A DNA stretch of 64,000 nucleotides from Methanobacteriota archaeon (lineage in GTDB: Archaea; Thermoplasmatota; Thermoplasmata; SG8-5; JAGLSY01): NCBI GenBank assembly GCA_020697715.1, contig JAEHCO010000004.1, positions 97,765-161,764 on the forward strand, read 5' to 3'. Positions within the stretch are counted from its first letter, which is position 1; each line of letters starts with the position of its first letter. The position numbers and the translations under genes are program-made. The notes under the pieces were generated by a model that saw only the letters and a program-made list of their open reading frames with translations, made no database searches and had not been told where the DNA came from. This document shows, one piece after another, positions 18,838 through 29,055 of this stretch.

Positions 18838-21072
18838 ATGAATGAAAATGAACAGAAACCAAACGAAAACACCAGCATAAAAGTCGGTGGTATGACCTGC
18901 GCGGCTTGCGTGAAGACCATCGAGAACACACTGACCAAGCTGGACGGTGTGTCGGATGTCAATGTCAGCCTGGGCAATGAGCGAGCTTACATAACCTATG
19001 ACAGCCAGACGGTCAATGACAAGGCCTTCAAGAAAACTGTGAAAAAAGCTGTTACAAAAGCTGGCTATGATTATCTCGGCTGGGGGGATGAGGACACCAG
19101 CCAGGCCGAAGAAAAGGCCTTGGAAGTTTCCTTGACATCTAAAAAGAACCGATTTATAATTGGATTCGCCATCTCACTTCCATTGATGGCCATGATGTAT
19201 CTCGACATCATGCCGCCCTTTGACATATCCATGCCGTATTTCATGCTGGCTGTTACTTTTATTCCATTTATTTATGTCAGCCAACCTATCTTCCGGCATG
19301 GTCTGATGGCACTTCGCAATCGCAATCTGGATATGAATGTCATGTACTCCATGGGGATCGGGGTGGCTTATGGCTCCAGCCTGCTGGGTACTTTTGAGAT
19401 CGTGCTGACACCGGACTTCATGTTCTATGAAGCAGCCTTGATGCTGGCTGGCTTCCTGATGCTCGGCAAATACATGGAGGAAGGAGCCAAGGGAAAGACA
19501 AGCCAGGCCATCAAAACACTAATGGGGCTGAGAGCTAAGACTGCGACAGTCATAAGAGATGGCCAGGAAATAGAGCTGGCCATCGAGGATGTCATCATAG
19601 GCGATATCATAATTGTCAAGCCAGGGGAGAAGATACCCGTCGATGGAAGAGTCGTTGACGGCGAAAGCTATGTTGACGAATCCATGATAAGCGGGGAGCC
19701 AGTGCCAGTCCTCAAAGGCACTGGGAACGATGTCATTGGTGGCACGATAAACAAGAACAGTGTTCTGCGGATCGAAGCTCGCAAGATAGGGAAAGACACA
19801 GTGCTGGCTCAGATAATCCAGATGGTGGATGATGCGCAAAGCTCGAAGCCAGATGTTCAAAGGCTGGCTGATAAAGCAGTAACATGGTTCATTCCAGTTG
19901 TTCTGAGCATCGCGATATTCGCGGCTGGCATCTGGTATGCATATGATGCGGATCTGCTTAATGCGCTGACCGTGCTTATTTCGATACTTGTTATCGCATG
20001 TCCATGCGCGCTGGGTCTGGCAACTCCCACCGCGGTTACCGTAGGTCTGGGCAGAGGGGCAGAGCTGGGCATTCTTATCAGAAGGGGTGAGGCCCTGGAG
20101 ACCTCCGGCCGCCTTACCACAGTTCTATTTGACAAGACCGGCACGCTCACAAAAGGCGAGCCAGTTGTTACAGATATCATTCCATTTGGTATCGATGAAA
20201 ATAAGCTACTTGAATATGCAGCTGGCGTTGAGAAGAACTCGCAGCATCCGCTTGCCGAGGCCGTGGTCAATATGGCCTCGGAGCGCGATATTCCATTGAC
20301 AAAGGTTTCGGATTTTGACACCTTTGGCGGAAAGGGAGTGAAAGCAATGCTCGGCAATGAAGAGGTGCGTATCGGGACCAGAACCTTCATAAAGGCGTCT
20401 GGAACGGTCATTAGTGCCGATATCGAGGGTCGGATGGGTGAACTTGAGGCCCAGGGCAAGACCGCGATAATGGTCGCGATAGATGGCAGGATCGCGGGAC
20501 TTATAGCCATCGCGGATCCAATAAAGCCGACGACCAAGGCCGCTATCGAAAGCCTTGGCAGGATGGGACTGGAGGTCGGCATGGTCACCGGGGACAATAA
20601 GAGAACCGCGCAGGCGATCGCCAGCCAGATAGGCATCAGCACTATCTTTGCCGAGGTCCTGCCCGGAGAAAAAGCAGAGAAGGTCAAAGAATTACAGAAC
20701 GAAGGCCAGATAGTTGCCTTTGTCGGCGACGGCATCAATGATGCACCCGCACTGGCACAAGCCGATGTCGGTATCGCCATAGGCAGTGGAACGGATGTCG
20801 CGATAGAGAGTGGCGACATCGTGCTGATGAAGAGCGATCTCATGGACGCGGTTGGTGGCATCCAGCTCAGCAGAAAGGTGATGGGCAGAATAAAACAAAA
20901 TCTATTCTGGGCATTCGCATATAACACGGCGCTCATACCAGTAGCGGCGGGAGTATTGGTACCTCTGGCCGACATTCACTTCAGGCCAGAGTTCGCAGGT
21001 TTGGCAATGGCAATGAGCTCTGTCACTGTCATAAGTCTATCACTTATGCTTAGAAGATATGAACCAAAATGA
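18838..21072 (+). CDS. copA: Copper-exporting P1B-type ATPase
   Basis: GMTCAAC HMA, CPC, DKTGT, HP, GDGIND, YN and MxxSS Cu+ motifs. Confidence 0.95.
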   Translation: MNENEQKPNENTSIKVGGMTCAACVKTIENTLTKLDGVSDVNVSLGNERAYITYDSQTVNDKAFKKTVKKAVTKAGYDYLGWGDEDTSQAEEKALEVSLTSKKNRFIIGFAISLPLMAMMYLDIMPPFDISMPYFMLAVTFIPFIYVSQPIFRHGLMALRNRNLDMNVMYSMGIGVAYGSSLLGTFEIVLTPDFMFYEAALMLAGFLMLGKYMEEGAKGKTSQAIKTLMGLRAKTATVIRDGQEIELAIEDVIIGDIIIVKPGEKIPVDGRVVDGESYVDESMISGEPVPVLKGTGNDVIGGTINKNSVLRIEARKIGKDTVLAQIIQMVDDAQSSKPDVQRLADKAVTWFIPVVLSIAIFAAGIWYAYDADLLNALTVLISILVIACPCALGLATPTAVTVGLGRGAELGILIRRGEALETSGRLTTVLFDKTGTLTKGEPVVTDIIPFGIDENKLLEYAAGVEKNSQHPLAEAVVNMASERDIPLTKVSDFDTFGGKGVKAMLGNEEVRIGTRTFIKASGTVISADIEGRMGELEAQGKTAIMVAIDGRIAGLIAIADPIKPTTKAAIESLGRMGLEVGMVTGDNKRTAQAIASQIGISTIFAEVLPGEKAEKVKELQNEGQIVAFVGDGINDAPALAQADVGIAIGSGTDVAIESGDIVLMKSDLMDAVGGIQLSRKVMGRIKQNLFWAFAYNTALIPVAAGVLVPLADIHFRPEFAGLAMAMSSVTVISLSLMLRRYEPK

Positions 21073-21133
21073 TATGTATCTATATATTAGCCTACATATC
21101 AGTCTATCTAAACTGAATTATATCGTTATGCCG

Positions 21134-21154
21134 GATGCCGCCGACCGCGGCATC
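21134..21154. terminator. Hairpin between convergent genes
   Basis: GATGCCGC-cgacc-GCGGCATC perfect 8-bp stem. Confidence 0.5.
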
Positions 21155-21185
21155 AGCCAGTTGGTTGAAAGTTTGTAATATTGAT

Positions 21186-24100
21186 CTAGTAATTATTGAT
21201 GGTCCATGTCGTATCCGAATCGACCTTTATCCAGTATCCATTATCGATACTCATTGTGTCAGTATCCAACATCACCTTCGTCAGGTATGCGCCAACAGGG
21301 TCGAAGCCTTCGATCGAGGTGGCTCCAGTCTCTATTTTGATATCAGATACGGTTTTGGTTTCCAGGCAAGGGTATCCAACAAGATTCCAGCCTGCCTTGA
21401 GCTCTATTGTGACATTTTCCACAAGGCCAGTAGTGATCAGATCATCATTACCATTGACATTGAGCCATACACCCATATCCGATCCAATATAGTCAAGGTT
21501 ATCAAGGATATCCGGCCTGGTCGTCGCATTTCCCAGCCATTTATTATCGAGAGATTGTGAGTCATAGTAGAGAGCATGGTTCCAATTGATATTTCCATAT
21601 GTATTGCCAATGGATGATCCTTTTTGTATCACAGGAGACGATATCAGATTCCAGCCATTGTTAACAGGAGTTGATATCTTTCCTGCCTGGATCGTGGTGT
21701 TCACAAAATTCCCATTCGAATCCTGGGCTCCTATTATGTAAAAGTAATTGTTGGAGTCGCCATTGCCTACTCCATTATCCACATACCCAGACATGCCGTG
21801 GCCCAAGGTGTGGATCAGGTTGTAACCTGATCCAGTATTGTCAAAGCTGGAACTCCTGTATACATGATATGATTCAACATCATAGTCTGTTGGAGAGATA
21901 GACCAGTTAAGCATGACATCCTCATTGCCTGCGCCGCTAAGGGACGTGTCCGCCGCATAAGGTGGCAGGATCGGTTGTTGCTGGTAAGTGCCTACCCAGA
22001 TCTCCAAACCATCTCCTGTTGCCCCGATAGATAGAATATCTGGTTTCCCATCAATATTTATATCTAATAGCTGGATAGCACTATACATTGAGCCTGAGGT
22101 CAGGCCTGTCGATACAGGTAGCCAGCCCGGGTCAAGTTGCATGAGCGGATGAATTCCAGTTGGAGTTGAATTGGAAGTGAATATGATGTCCTGTGATCCG
22201 TCCAGGTTGAAATCACCCACGGCCAGACCCTTTGCATCACCTGAATTTGAACTTGTATCTTGAGCCCAGGTGCCATCTCCTAGCCCCTCCCAGATCTTTA
22301 ATCCCTCTGGCTCAGCTTCTGTTGACAGGATATCTGGATTTCCATCGGCATTGAGATCTCCAATAGCTATGGAATTATAATTTCCTGTTGCCGTGCTCAG
22401 ACCTGTAGTAGATTCCACCCAGCCATCCTGACCATCACCCAAAAACACCTTGAGAGTGCCATTCATTGTGATGAGGTCCAGATCACCATCATGATTCACA
22501 TCGGCATGTTCCAGGCTCATATAACTCCCTGTAGAAGGAAGATCGAATGTCATTGTCCAGGAGCCCCAGCCATCACCGTTCCAGACAGCCACTCCTGAAT
22601 TACCACGTGAACCTGCCGCAATATCCAGGTTGCCATCATCATTGAAATCCGCAATAGTAAGACCATCATAGGTTCCAGATGAGGGGAGACCACTTGATCT
22701 ATAGGTCCATCCACCCGCGCCATTACCCACCCAGGCCTTGACACCGGGAGCCGAAGTTGCCACAATATCTGGAATTCCATCATTATTAAAATCCTCTGAA
22801 GAAATATGCCTGTAACGCCCATTCATTGCAGGGGTTGAATATGATTGCCAGACCCCATTACCATCACCAGTCCACACCTCTATTCCTTGATTTTCAGTAG
22901 CCAGGATGATATCCATCTTACCATCAAGGTTGACATCAGCTGTGTCGATGTCCATTATCGTACTTGCAGTAGCTGGAGGATTGAATGATGACCATGCATT
23001 CACCACACGTCTTACCTCGCCGGACCAGATATTCAAACCAGAGGTTCCGTCCACCCCAACCATCTCCAGTCTACCATCATCATCTATATCGGCAATGGCC
23101 ATATCCAATAATGTGAGTCCAGCAGGCAATCCATATGTTTGAAGGTACCAGTCATCTGATCCACCACCAGACCAGACAGAATCATTTGTATTGCTGGGAG
23201 CAGTTATGATATCAGGATATCCATCAAGGTTGGCATCTACCACCTCGACTGAATTGTAAGTGCCAATGAAAGGCAGGTTGAATGTCATTGTCCAGGAACC
23301 CCAGCCATCACCGTTCCATACAGTAAGGCCACCACTAGCTCCATTGGTGGCAACTATGTCCAGGTCACCATCTATATCCATATCTGAAAGAGCGATATCC
23401 GAGTACTGGCCAAATCCAGGAAGGCCAATATCCCTCAAAGTCCAGGAGCCTGCACCATCACCGACCCATGCTGAAAGCCCTGAGGCCTGTGCCGAGACAA
23501 TATCTGGTTGGCCGTCAATATTGAAATCCCCCGTCACTATCCCATAAGATGTGAAACCCAGGGGGATACCGGTATCGCCGCCGATCCAGTTACCTCCGCC
23601 ATTGTTCAAAAGAACCTGCACACCTTTCTCACCAGGAAGGGCAGAGCAACCTGAGACAATATCCAGATCACCATCAAGATCAATGTCATCCAGGGCTATG
23701 GAATTGAATTCACCAGATGGAAGTCCAGTGTCATAAGCGATCCAATTGCCAAGTGTATCTCCGGTCCAGGCATAAAGAGCATCCGAAGCAGAAATCGTGA
23801 TGTCTGGCTCACCATCATCATCGATGTCTCCAATTGCGATACCAGAAACTATTGTTGCCAGACCAGGAGAGCTAAAGGAATACCATGCACCATCTCCATC
23901 ATTGGCCCATATTTGAAGGCCACCAAGTGCAAGGCCAGCTATAATATCAAGATCACCATCTATATCTATATCGGCGATCTCAATACAAGAATAAGAAGTG
24001 AGATCATCAAGAGAAGATGATGAAGACCAGTATATTGAAGGATCTGATCCGATAAAGGGCTTACCTGGCTCAGGCTGTCCATTGTATCTAATTAGAGACG

Positions 24101-24227
24101 AATCTCCCGCATAGCCCTGATCAATGCTAACAAGCACACCATTGGTGAGCAATGATATTGCCACCAGTGAACTCATTATTAAAGCCAGGGTTCTATAATT
24201 GCCTGCCCGCAGATTTTCACCTTTCAA
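21186..24227 (-). CDS. Secreted FG-GAP/VCBS repeat protein with conserved C-terminal GWNL domain
   Basis: Signal-like N-terminus; more than ten D-x-[DN]-x-D-G-x-x-D-[IL] repeats; FN3-like segment; C-terminal GWNLISSP...GWNLVGYP...GYWIKV. Confidence 0.88.
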   Translation of the reverse strand: MKGENLRAGNYRTLALIMSSLVAISLLTNGVLVSIDQGYAGDSSLIRYNGQPEPGKPFIGSDPSIYWSSSSSLDDLTSYSCIEIADIDIDGDLDIIAGLALGGLQIWANDGDGAWYSFSSPGLATIVSGIAIGDIDDDGEPDITISASDALYAWTGDTLGNWIAYDTGLPSGEFNSIALDDIDLDGDLDIVSGCSALPGEKGVQVLLNNGGGNWIGGDTGIPLGFTSYGIVTGDFNIDGQPDIVSAQASGLSAWVGDGAGSWTLRDIGLPGFGQYSDIALSDMDIDGDLDIVATNGASGGLTVWNGDGWGSWTMTFNLPFIGTYNSVEVVDANLDGYPDIITAPSNTNDSVWSGGGSDDWYLQTYGLPAGLTLLDMAIADIDDDGRLEMVGVDGTSGLNIWSGEVRRVVNAWSSFNPPATASTIMDIDTADVNLDGKMDIILATENQGIEVWTGDGNGVWQSYSTPAMNGRYRHISSEDFNNDGIPDIVATSAPGVKAWVGNGAGGWTYRSSGLPSSGTYDGLTIADFNDDGNLDIAAGSRGNSGVAVWNGDGWGSWTMTFDLPSTGSYMSLEHADVNHDGDLDLITMNGTLKVFLGDGQDGWVESTTGLSTATGNYNSIAIGDLNADGNPDILSTEAEPEGLKIWEGLGDGTWAQDTSSNSGDAKGLAVGDFNLDGSQDIIFTSNSTPTGIHPLMQLDPGWLPVSTGLTSGSMYSAIQLLDINIDGKPDILSIGATGDGLEIWVGTYQQQPILPPYAADTSLSGAGNEDVMLNWSISPTDYDVESYHVYRSSSFDNTGSGYNLIHTLGHGMSGYVDNGVGNGDSNNYFYIIGAQDSNGNFVNTTIQAGKISTPVNNGWNLISSPVIQKGSSIGNTYGNINWNHALYYDSQSLDNKWLGNATTRPDILDNLDYIGSDMGVWLNVNGNDDLITTGLVENVTIELKAGWNLVGYPCLETKTVSDIKIETGATSIEGFDPVGAYLTKVMLDTDTMSIDNGYWIKVDSDTTWTINNY

Positions 24228-24474
24228 CCTATTGGTCTAAAAAAACCGACCTAAGTAACCATAGAAAATACATAGTATATAAACATTTTCAATATACCCT
24301 ATATAAATGTATCGCTTATACTTAAATAATATAATTATTAACCATACATAATAAAATTAAATCATAATGAAATCAAGTTTAAGATTACATAATGTTTAAA
24401 TGCATAGGAATATTTACAGTGCATGGGCTTTGCCTATTTGAGGTTTGAGATTGAGAATCATTAATAATAATTCA

Positions 24475-27400
24475 ATGAAAAGGAAGCTATTAGGCTCCTT
24501 TGTTCTATTTTCCCTATTGTTATCAAGCATATTGCTCTCAGGCATCGTCACATCAGATCCAGCAGATATTGATAAACTGGATGGCACAAGGACAGCGACC
24601 TGGGATTTTGGAGATCCCAATGATTATTCAATAATGAACACCACAATGGACAGTGGAAAGACCAATCTTTCCATGTACACTTCATATTGGAACCAGGAAA
24701 CCTTTGCAGATCTTGATACTGGCTTAGTGAAAGACAGAGTGGAGATATCAGGAAATGGAAATATGACCCTGACCTTCAATTCAGGCATTGAGCTTCTTAA
24801 GAACAGGGATTTTTCAGATCCGGCATTGGGAGCTGCGGCAAATAACTGGACAGCAGAGACATCAGGCAATTCCACCACAAATGCGCCATTGAGAAGTACG
24901 GGTGCTGGAGAGGGGATAGATGATGACTTCTGTTGGAGGAACTGGTTCGTGGATGCCACCCCCGCAGACTGGTACAATCTGTCCACATGGGTGAATCAAT
25001 CCTTCTATCTACCCACATTGCCATTGGATGTCAATGTTTCAGCCTTCTATGATATGACGATCAATGTAGGGGCCATAGCACCAGGGACCATATACGGACT
25101 TTTGATATACCAAAACTCCACCAATATAACATATATGGCTGCCAGTACTGGATGGGAGAATACAACATTTGGTGATTATCGCCCCATGTGGTCCAATGAT
25201 GTTAACATATTCAATGAAACTGGCCTGTACAATATATCTCTTTTCACACTTAGTGATTCAAGCGCAGACATATCAAACACCCCCCAGATATACAATTACT
25301 GGGATAATATATCCATAGAATATTCAGCATACGAGTTGGAGGGTAGTTTCCAATCCAGTACCTTCGATGTCGGTTCTTATGCGAAGTGGGGCAATATATC
25401 ATGGGATGAGGAATTACCTTCAGGAACGGACATAGAGTTCAGAGTAAGAACAGGTAATTCATCAGTTCCCACAGACAGCATTTGGTCTGACTGGTCAGAT
25501 CCCATGACAGATCCTACGGGATGTGTGATCGACAGACCAAATAGTAGATATGTCCAATACATGGTGAACTTCACAACAATGACCACCAATATCACCCCAA
25601 TACTGAACTCCATCAATATCTCTTATGATCGATTTTTCTTGCAAGGGATCGTCGAAACGGAGGACCTGGCTCCAGCCGATGTAACCAACTGGGGATATTT
25701 CACATATTCTCATGATACCAATGGGCAATCGATCACATATGAATATTCAGTGGACAGTGGTGCTATATGGGATCCAATACCAGCAGATGGAGATATGAGA
25801 TTTCTCACACCTCAGGCATCCTCCACCATCAGGTTCAGAGCAATATTGAGCACAGCGGACACCGTTACAACCCCAAGCATCGATTGGATGGAACTTGAAT
25901 ACGTGGCCAATGAGCCGATCATCGAAGTAGAGGGAAGATGGGACACGCCAGAGGTAGAGCCTGGCGAGGTGATACGCCTTTACATCTTCTTGAACAATAC
26001 AGCCAGCAGTGTATCTTCAAATGCCTGGCTGAACATTTACCTGGACCCACATCTGACCTATGTATCGGACAATGTAGATAGCCTGAGTACATATCATGGA
26101 ACTGAATGGGATAACTCTACAGGAGTATACAGGTACCATATTGCAGATATCCCACAGGGAAGTTATTCATTCTGGATCGAGACCCGATCCAGCATTGGTG
26201 CGGCAAATGGAACTGTCACATCCACGATAATATCACTCGAGTACCAGGATCCTCTGGACAATCGTGTGGATTCATATCTCAAGGAGGTTACAAATGTTCT
26301 CATATCTCCAGTCATATCTATTGATCTAATAAACTACCCAGGCAGTGCGGATGTTGGAGATATTGTTCAATATATCATGATCATCAATAATACAGGTGGC
26401 GGGAATTCTCCGATCTCATGGCTCAATGTGACACCTGATAACAGACTGGATATATTCGATCCAGGTACAGGGACGATCAATAGCCAGTCCATAAGCTGGG
26501 AACTTGAGGACATGATAGGATATTCAAGCCAGACATTATACCTCAATGCAAGCTTGAAGGATAATGTGCTCCAGGGTTCACATATCCCACTTACATTCAC
26601 TATCAACTACTCGGACATCTCAGGCTTCATGCGGAGCACTGGATCCGATATAAGCTCCCTTATCTGTGAATTGAGCTCCAGCATGGACATCGGCATGATA
26701 TCCGATACAGATCATATCAGACCAGGAGATACCTTCATAGCCACCATGTATTACAATAATTCACGTTACGGCACCGCAACCTATGTGCAGATAGATGTCG
26801 AGCTGCCAGAAGGCCTGGAGCTTTATAGCAGCAGCAGCCCATACACGAGCTTGGGAAATGAGCATACGTGGACCTTCACTAATGTGATGCCAGGATCACA
26901 TTCATACACCATGACCATCCTGGCGCGAAGCATCCCTGAAAGGATCACAAAAACGAACATGACCGCTAGAATGTCGGTCATGGACCCCATAGAAGGCCTG
27001 CAGGAAAGCATCAGACCCGCACCTTTGGCTATCACCATAGAGAGCTACATATCCAATATGGAAATGGAGATCATAGCTCCATCATCACCCATACATCCTG
27101 GCGACATCATCGTGCTTACTGTTTATTACAATAATACTGGCGACGGAGCTGCCTCCATTGTGAGCTTCAGCTTGAATATACCATACGGCATTGAGCTACA
27201 AAGTAGCAGTGCGCCATGTGATTCATCCGGAGATCTATGCAACTGGAACTTTACAAATGTATTGCCAGGTCCACATTCGTACACAATTTCCCTTGAAGCT
27301 ACAGACATATCCGAAGAGAATATAGAAATAAGCTACAATATCCGCATGTCAGTGACAGACCCTATTTATGGAGAGATGCCTGTTGTGATTTCCGATGACA

Positions 27401-27975
27401 TAACAACCGATATCGAGCGAATTGTAACCATCTGGGAAAAGATATACTGGCCATGGTCAGGATTATTATTATTCATACTATTATCTATAATTACAATTAT
27501 ATTATGGAATAAATATAAGCCAATCCCACCAAGCATCGATGACGCCTTCCTCATTTACAAGGATGGAAGACTGATATCCCACAAGAAATCCGTCCATGGG
27601 CTCAGAGCGGAACTTGACGGAGACATTGTAAGCGCCATGCTCACGGCTGTCCAGCAATTCGTTAATGATTCACTGGATGAGACCGGGACAGATAAGATGA
27701 GGAAGCTGGAATTCGGTGACCGCGAGCTGTTCATGGAGAGAGGCGAGAACATCTACATGGCCATTATGTTCTCTGGAACATTGACCAAGAAGCTGGATGA
27801 TCAGATAACAGAGATGATCAAGCAGATCGAGGTAGAATTCCCCGAACTGGCAGTCTGGAATGGAAGAATGAAAGGATTGGAAAAGATAGATGATTACCTC
27901 AATGAACTGATAGATGAATGGCAGCATCATGCGGAGAACCTGGAAGGTGCTCCATCAGATGATCCAAGTAATTGA
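24475..27975 (+). CDS. Large single-pass surface protein: beta-rich/DUF11-like ectodomain, TM helix, cytoplasmic longin-like domain
   Basis: Signal peptide MKRKLLGSFVLF; repeats such as PGDxxxxTxYYNNTG; many N-x-S/T sequons; TM WSGLLLFILLSIITIILW; SAMLTAVQQFVNDSL tail. Confidence 0.88.
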   Translation: MKRKLLGSFVLFSLLLSSILLSGIVTSDPADIDKLDGTRTATWDFGDPNDYSIMNTTMDSGKTNLSMYTSYWNQETFADLDTGLVKDRVEISGNGNMTLTFNSGIELLKNRDFSDPALGAAANNWTAETSGNSTTNAPLRSTGAGEGIDDDFCWRNWFVDATPADWYNLSTWVNQSFYLPTLPLDVNVSAFYDMTINVGAIAPGTIYGLLIYQNSTNITYMAASTGWENTTFGDYRPMWSNDVNIFNETGLYNISLFTLSDSSADISNTPQIYNYWDNISIEYSAYELEGSFQSSTFDVGSYAKWGNISWDEELPSGTDIEFRVRTGNSSVPTDSIWSDWSDPMTDPTGCVIDRPNSRYVQYMVNFTTMTTNITPILNSINISYDRFFLQGIVETEDLAPADVTNWGYFTYSHDTNGQSITYEYSVDSGAIWDPIPADGDMRFLTPQASSTIRFRAILSTADTVTTPSIDWMELEYVANEPIIEVEGRWDTPEVEPGEVIRLYIFLNNTASSVSSNAWLNIYLDPHLTYVSDNVDSLSTYHGTEWDNSTGVYRYHIADIPQGSYSFWIETRSSIGAANGTVTSTIISLEYQDPLDNRVDSYLKEVTNVLISPVISIDLINYPGSADVGDIVQYIMIINNTGGGNSPISWLNVTPDNRLDIFDPGTGTINSQSISWELEDMIGYSSQTLYLNASLKDNVLQGSHIPLTFTINYSDISGFMRSTGSDISSLICELSSSMDIGMISDTDHIRPGDTFIATMYYNNSRYGTATYVQIDVELPEGLELYSSSSPYTSLGNEHTWTFTNVMPGSHSYTMTILARSIPERITKTNMTARMSVMDPIEGLQESIRPAPLAITIESYISNMEMEIIAPSSPIHPGDIIVLTVYYNNTGDGAASIVSFSLNIPYGIELQSSSAPCDSSGDLCNWNFTNVLPGPHSYTISLEATDISEENIEISYNIRMSVTDPIYGEMPVVISDDITTDIERIVTIWEKIYWPWSGLLLFILLSIITIILWNKYKPIPPSIDDAFLIYKDGRLISHKKSVHGLRAELDGDIVSAMLTAVQQFVNDSLDETGTDKMRKLEFGDRELFMERGENIYMAIMFSGTLTKKLDDQITEMIKQIEVEFPELAVWNGRMKGLEKIDDYLNELIDEWQHHAENLEGAPSDDPSN

Positions 27976-27997
27976 GAGCGATCGGTTTATTCATTAT

Positions 27998-28843
27998 TCA
28001 GAACTTATTAACAAGATATAATCTTTTAGTCCTGTTAAGGCTCACGGTATCAGCTGGCTTGAACTTTTCCTCGGCATTGGCCAGAGCATTTATTAGGGAA
28101 ACTATATCCTTTTTTGCAGGATTGTCCAGATCCATACCAACAGATTCTATCTGATGCTTGACAACAGGACTGGCAGTCTCTATACCACCATTCTGATTGC
28201 AGAAATCTGATATTATATGATCCACAACACCCACCAAAGAGGTGATATCCTCTTTGTCTATTATGAAACTGGCTCCTTCAAGCCCTGACTTAGCTTCTAT
28301 GGTAGTGCTTCTGAGAGTTGCAGCCATATCGATAAAGGTGTCCTCGACATTTTCCCCGGTCTTCGCACTGGTGATAAAGCACTGGGCTTCCATCCCCTCA
28401 TAACTGAATTCCGCTGCCATATCCTGAAGTTCCTCGATGCCGAACTCTGCATCCGCGGCCAGATCACCTTTGTTTCCAATAAATACCAATGGCAAAGGCC
28501 CTGTCACGCTGAGAAGAGATGGGAGCCAGTATTCTGCCAGGCTTTGAAGTGTATCCTTTCTTGTGATATCAGCTACCAAGAGTGCACCTTCGATCCCACC
28601 GAATGATAGGGCCTGGGTGAATCTGTATCCCTTCTGTCCAAGGATATCCCAGACAAGCAATACCATGTGTGTTCTGTCCTGGCCAGTATCAAGATATATC
28701 TCTTTCTTCGTAACCTTGGACCCGATGGTCGTAATGTACTTGTCACTGAACTGATCAGTTACAAATCGTCTTATCAAACTTGTCTTTCCAACAGCTCCAT
28801 CTCCGAGAAGGATTATATTTTTCTTAATTGTTTCATCTGGCAT
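27998..28843 (-). CDS. Rab/Ras-like small GTPase with an extra C-terminal helical domain
   Basis: G1 GDGAVGKT, G2 YITTIG, G3 WDILGQ, G4 GNKGD, G5 TSAKTGENV. Confidence 0.93.
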   Translation of the reverse strand: MPDETIKKNIILLGDGAVGKTSLIRRFVTDQFSDKYITTIGSKVTKKEIYLDTGQDRTHMVLLVWDILGQKGYRFTQALSFGGIEGALLVADITRKDTLQSLAEYWLPSLLSVTGPLPLVFIGNKGDLAADAEFGIEELQDMAAEFSYEGMEAQCFITSAKTGENVEDTFIDMAATLRSTTIEAKSGLEGASFIIDKEDITSLVGVVDHIISDFCNQNGGIETASPVVKHQIESVGMDLDNPAKKDIVSLINALANAEEKFKPADTVSLNRTKRLYLVNKF

Positions 28844-29055
28844 ATTCAAACCCCGCGCACACACATCTATGGAAATATCATTGTGAAATTAACCATAGTT
28901 ATTTACTCCGTTAAATGGAAGAATGATATAAAATCTTTGCCATATGTATAAAAAAGTAGAGAGTTATTATGCACATATTCCCTAACCATAGGGAACTTTT
29001 TCATAATAACCAAACAGGCACAAGATTGATATTCAAAATATAGATATGATGGAAC

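Noticed and set aside
19857-20975. 372-aa minus-strand ORF, and many other overlapping ORFs in the track (e.g. 54326-54973, 57961-58521, 2572-3048)
   Set aside because: Antisense or frame shadows of well-supported genes, with no motifs.
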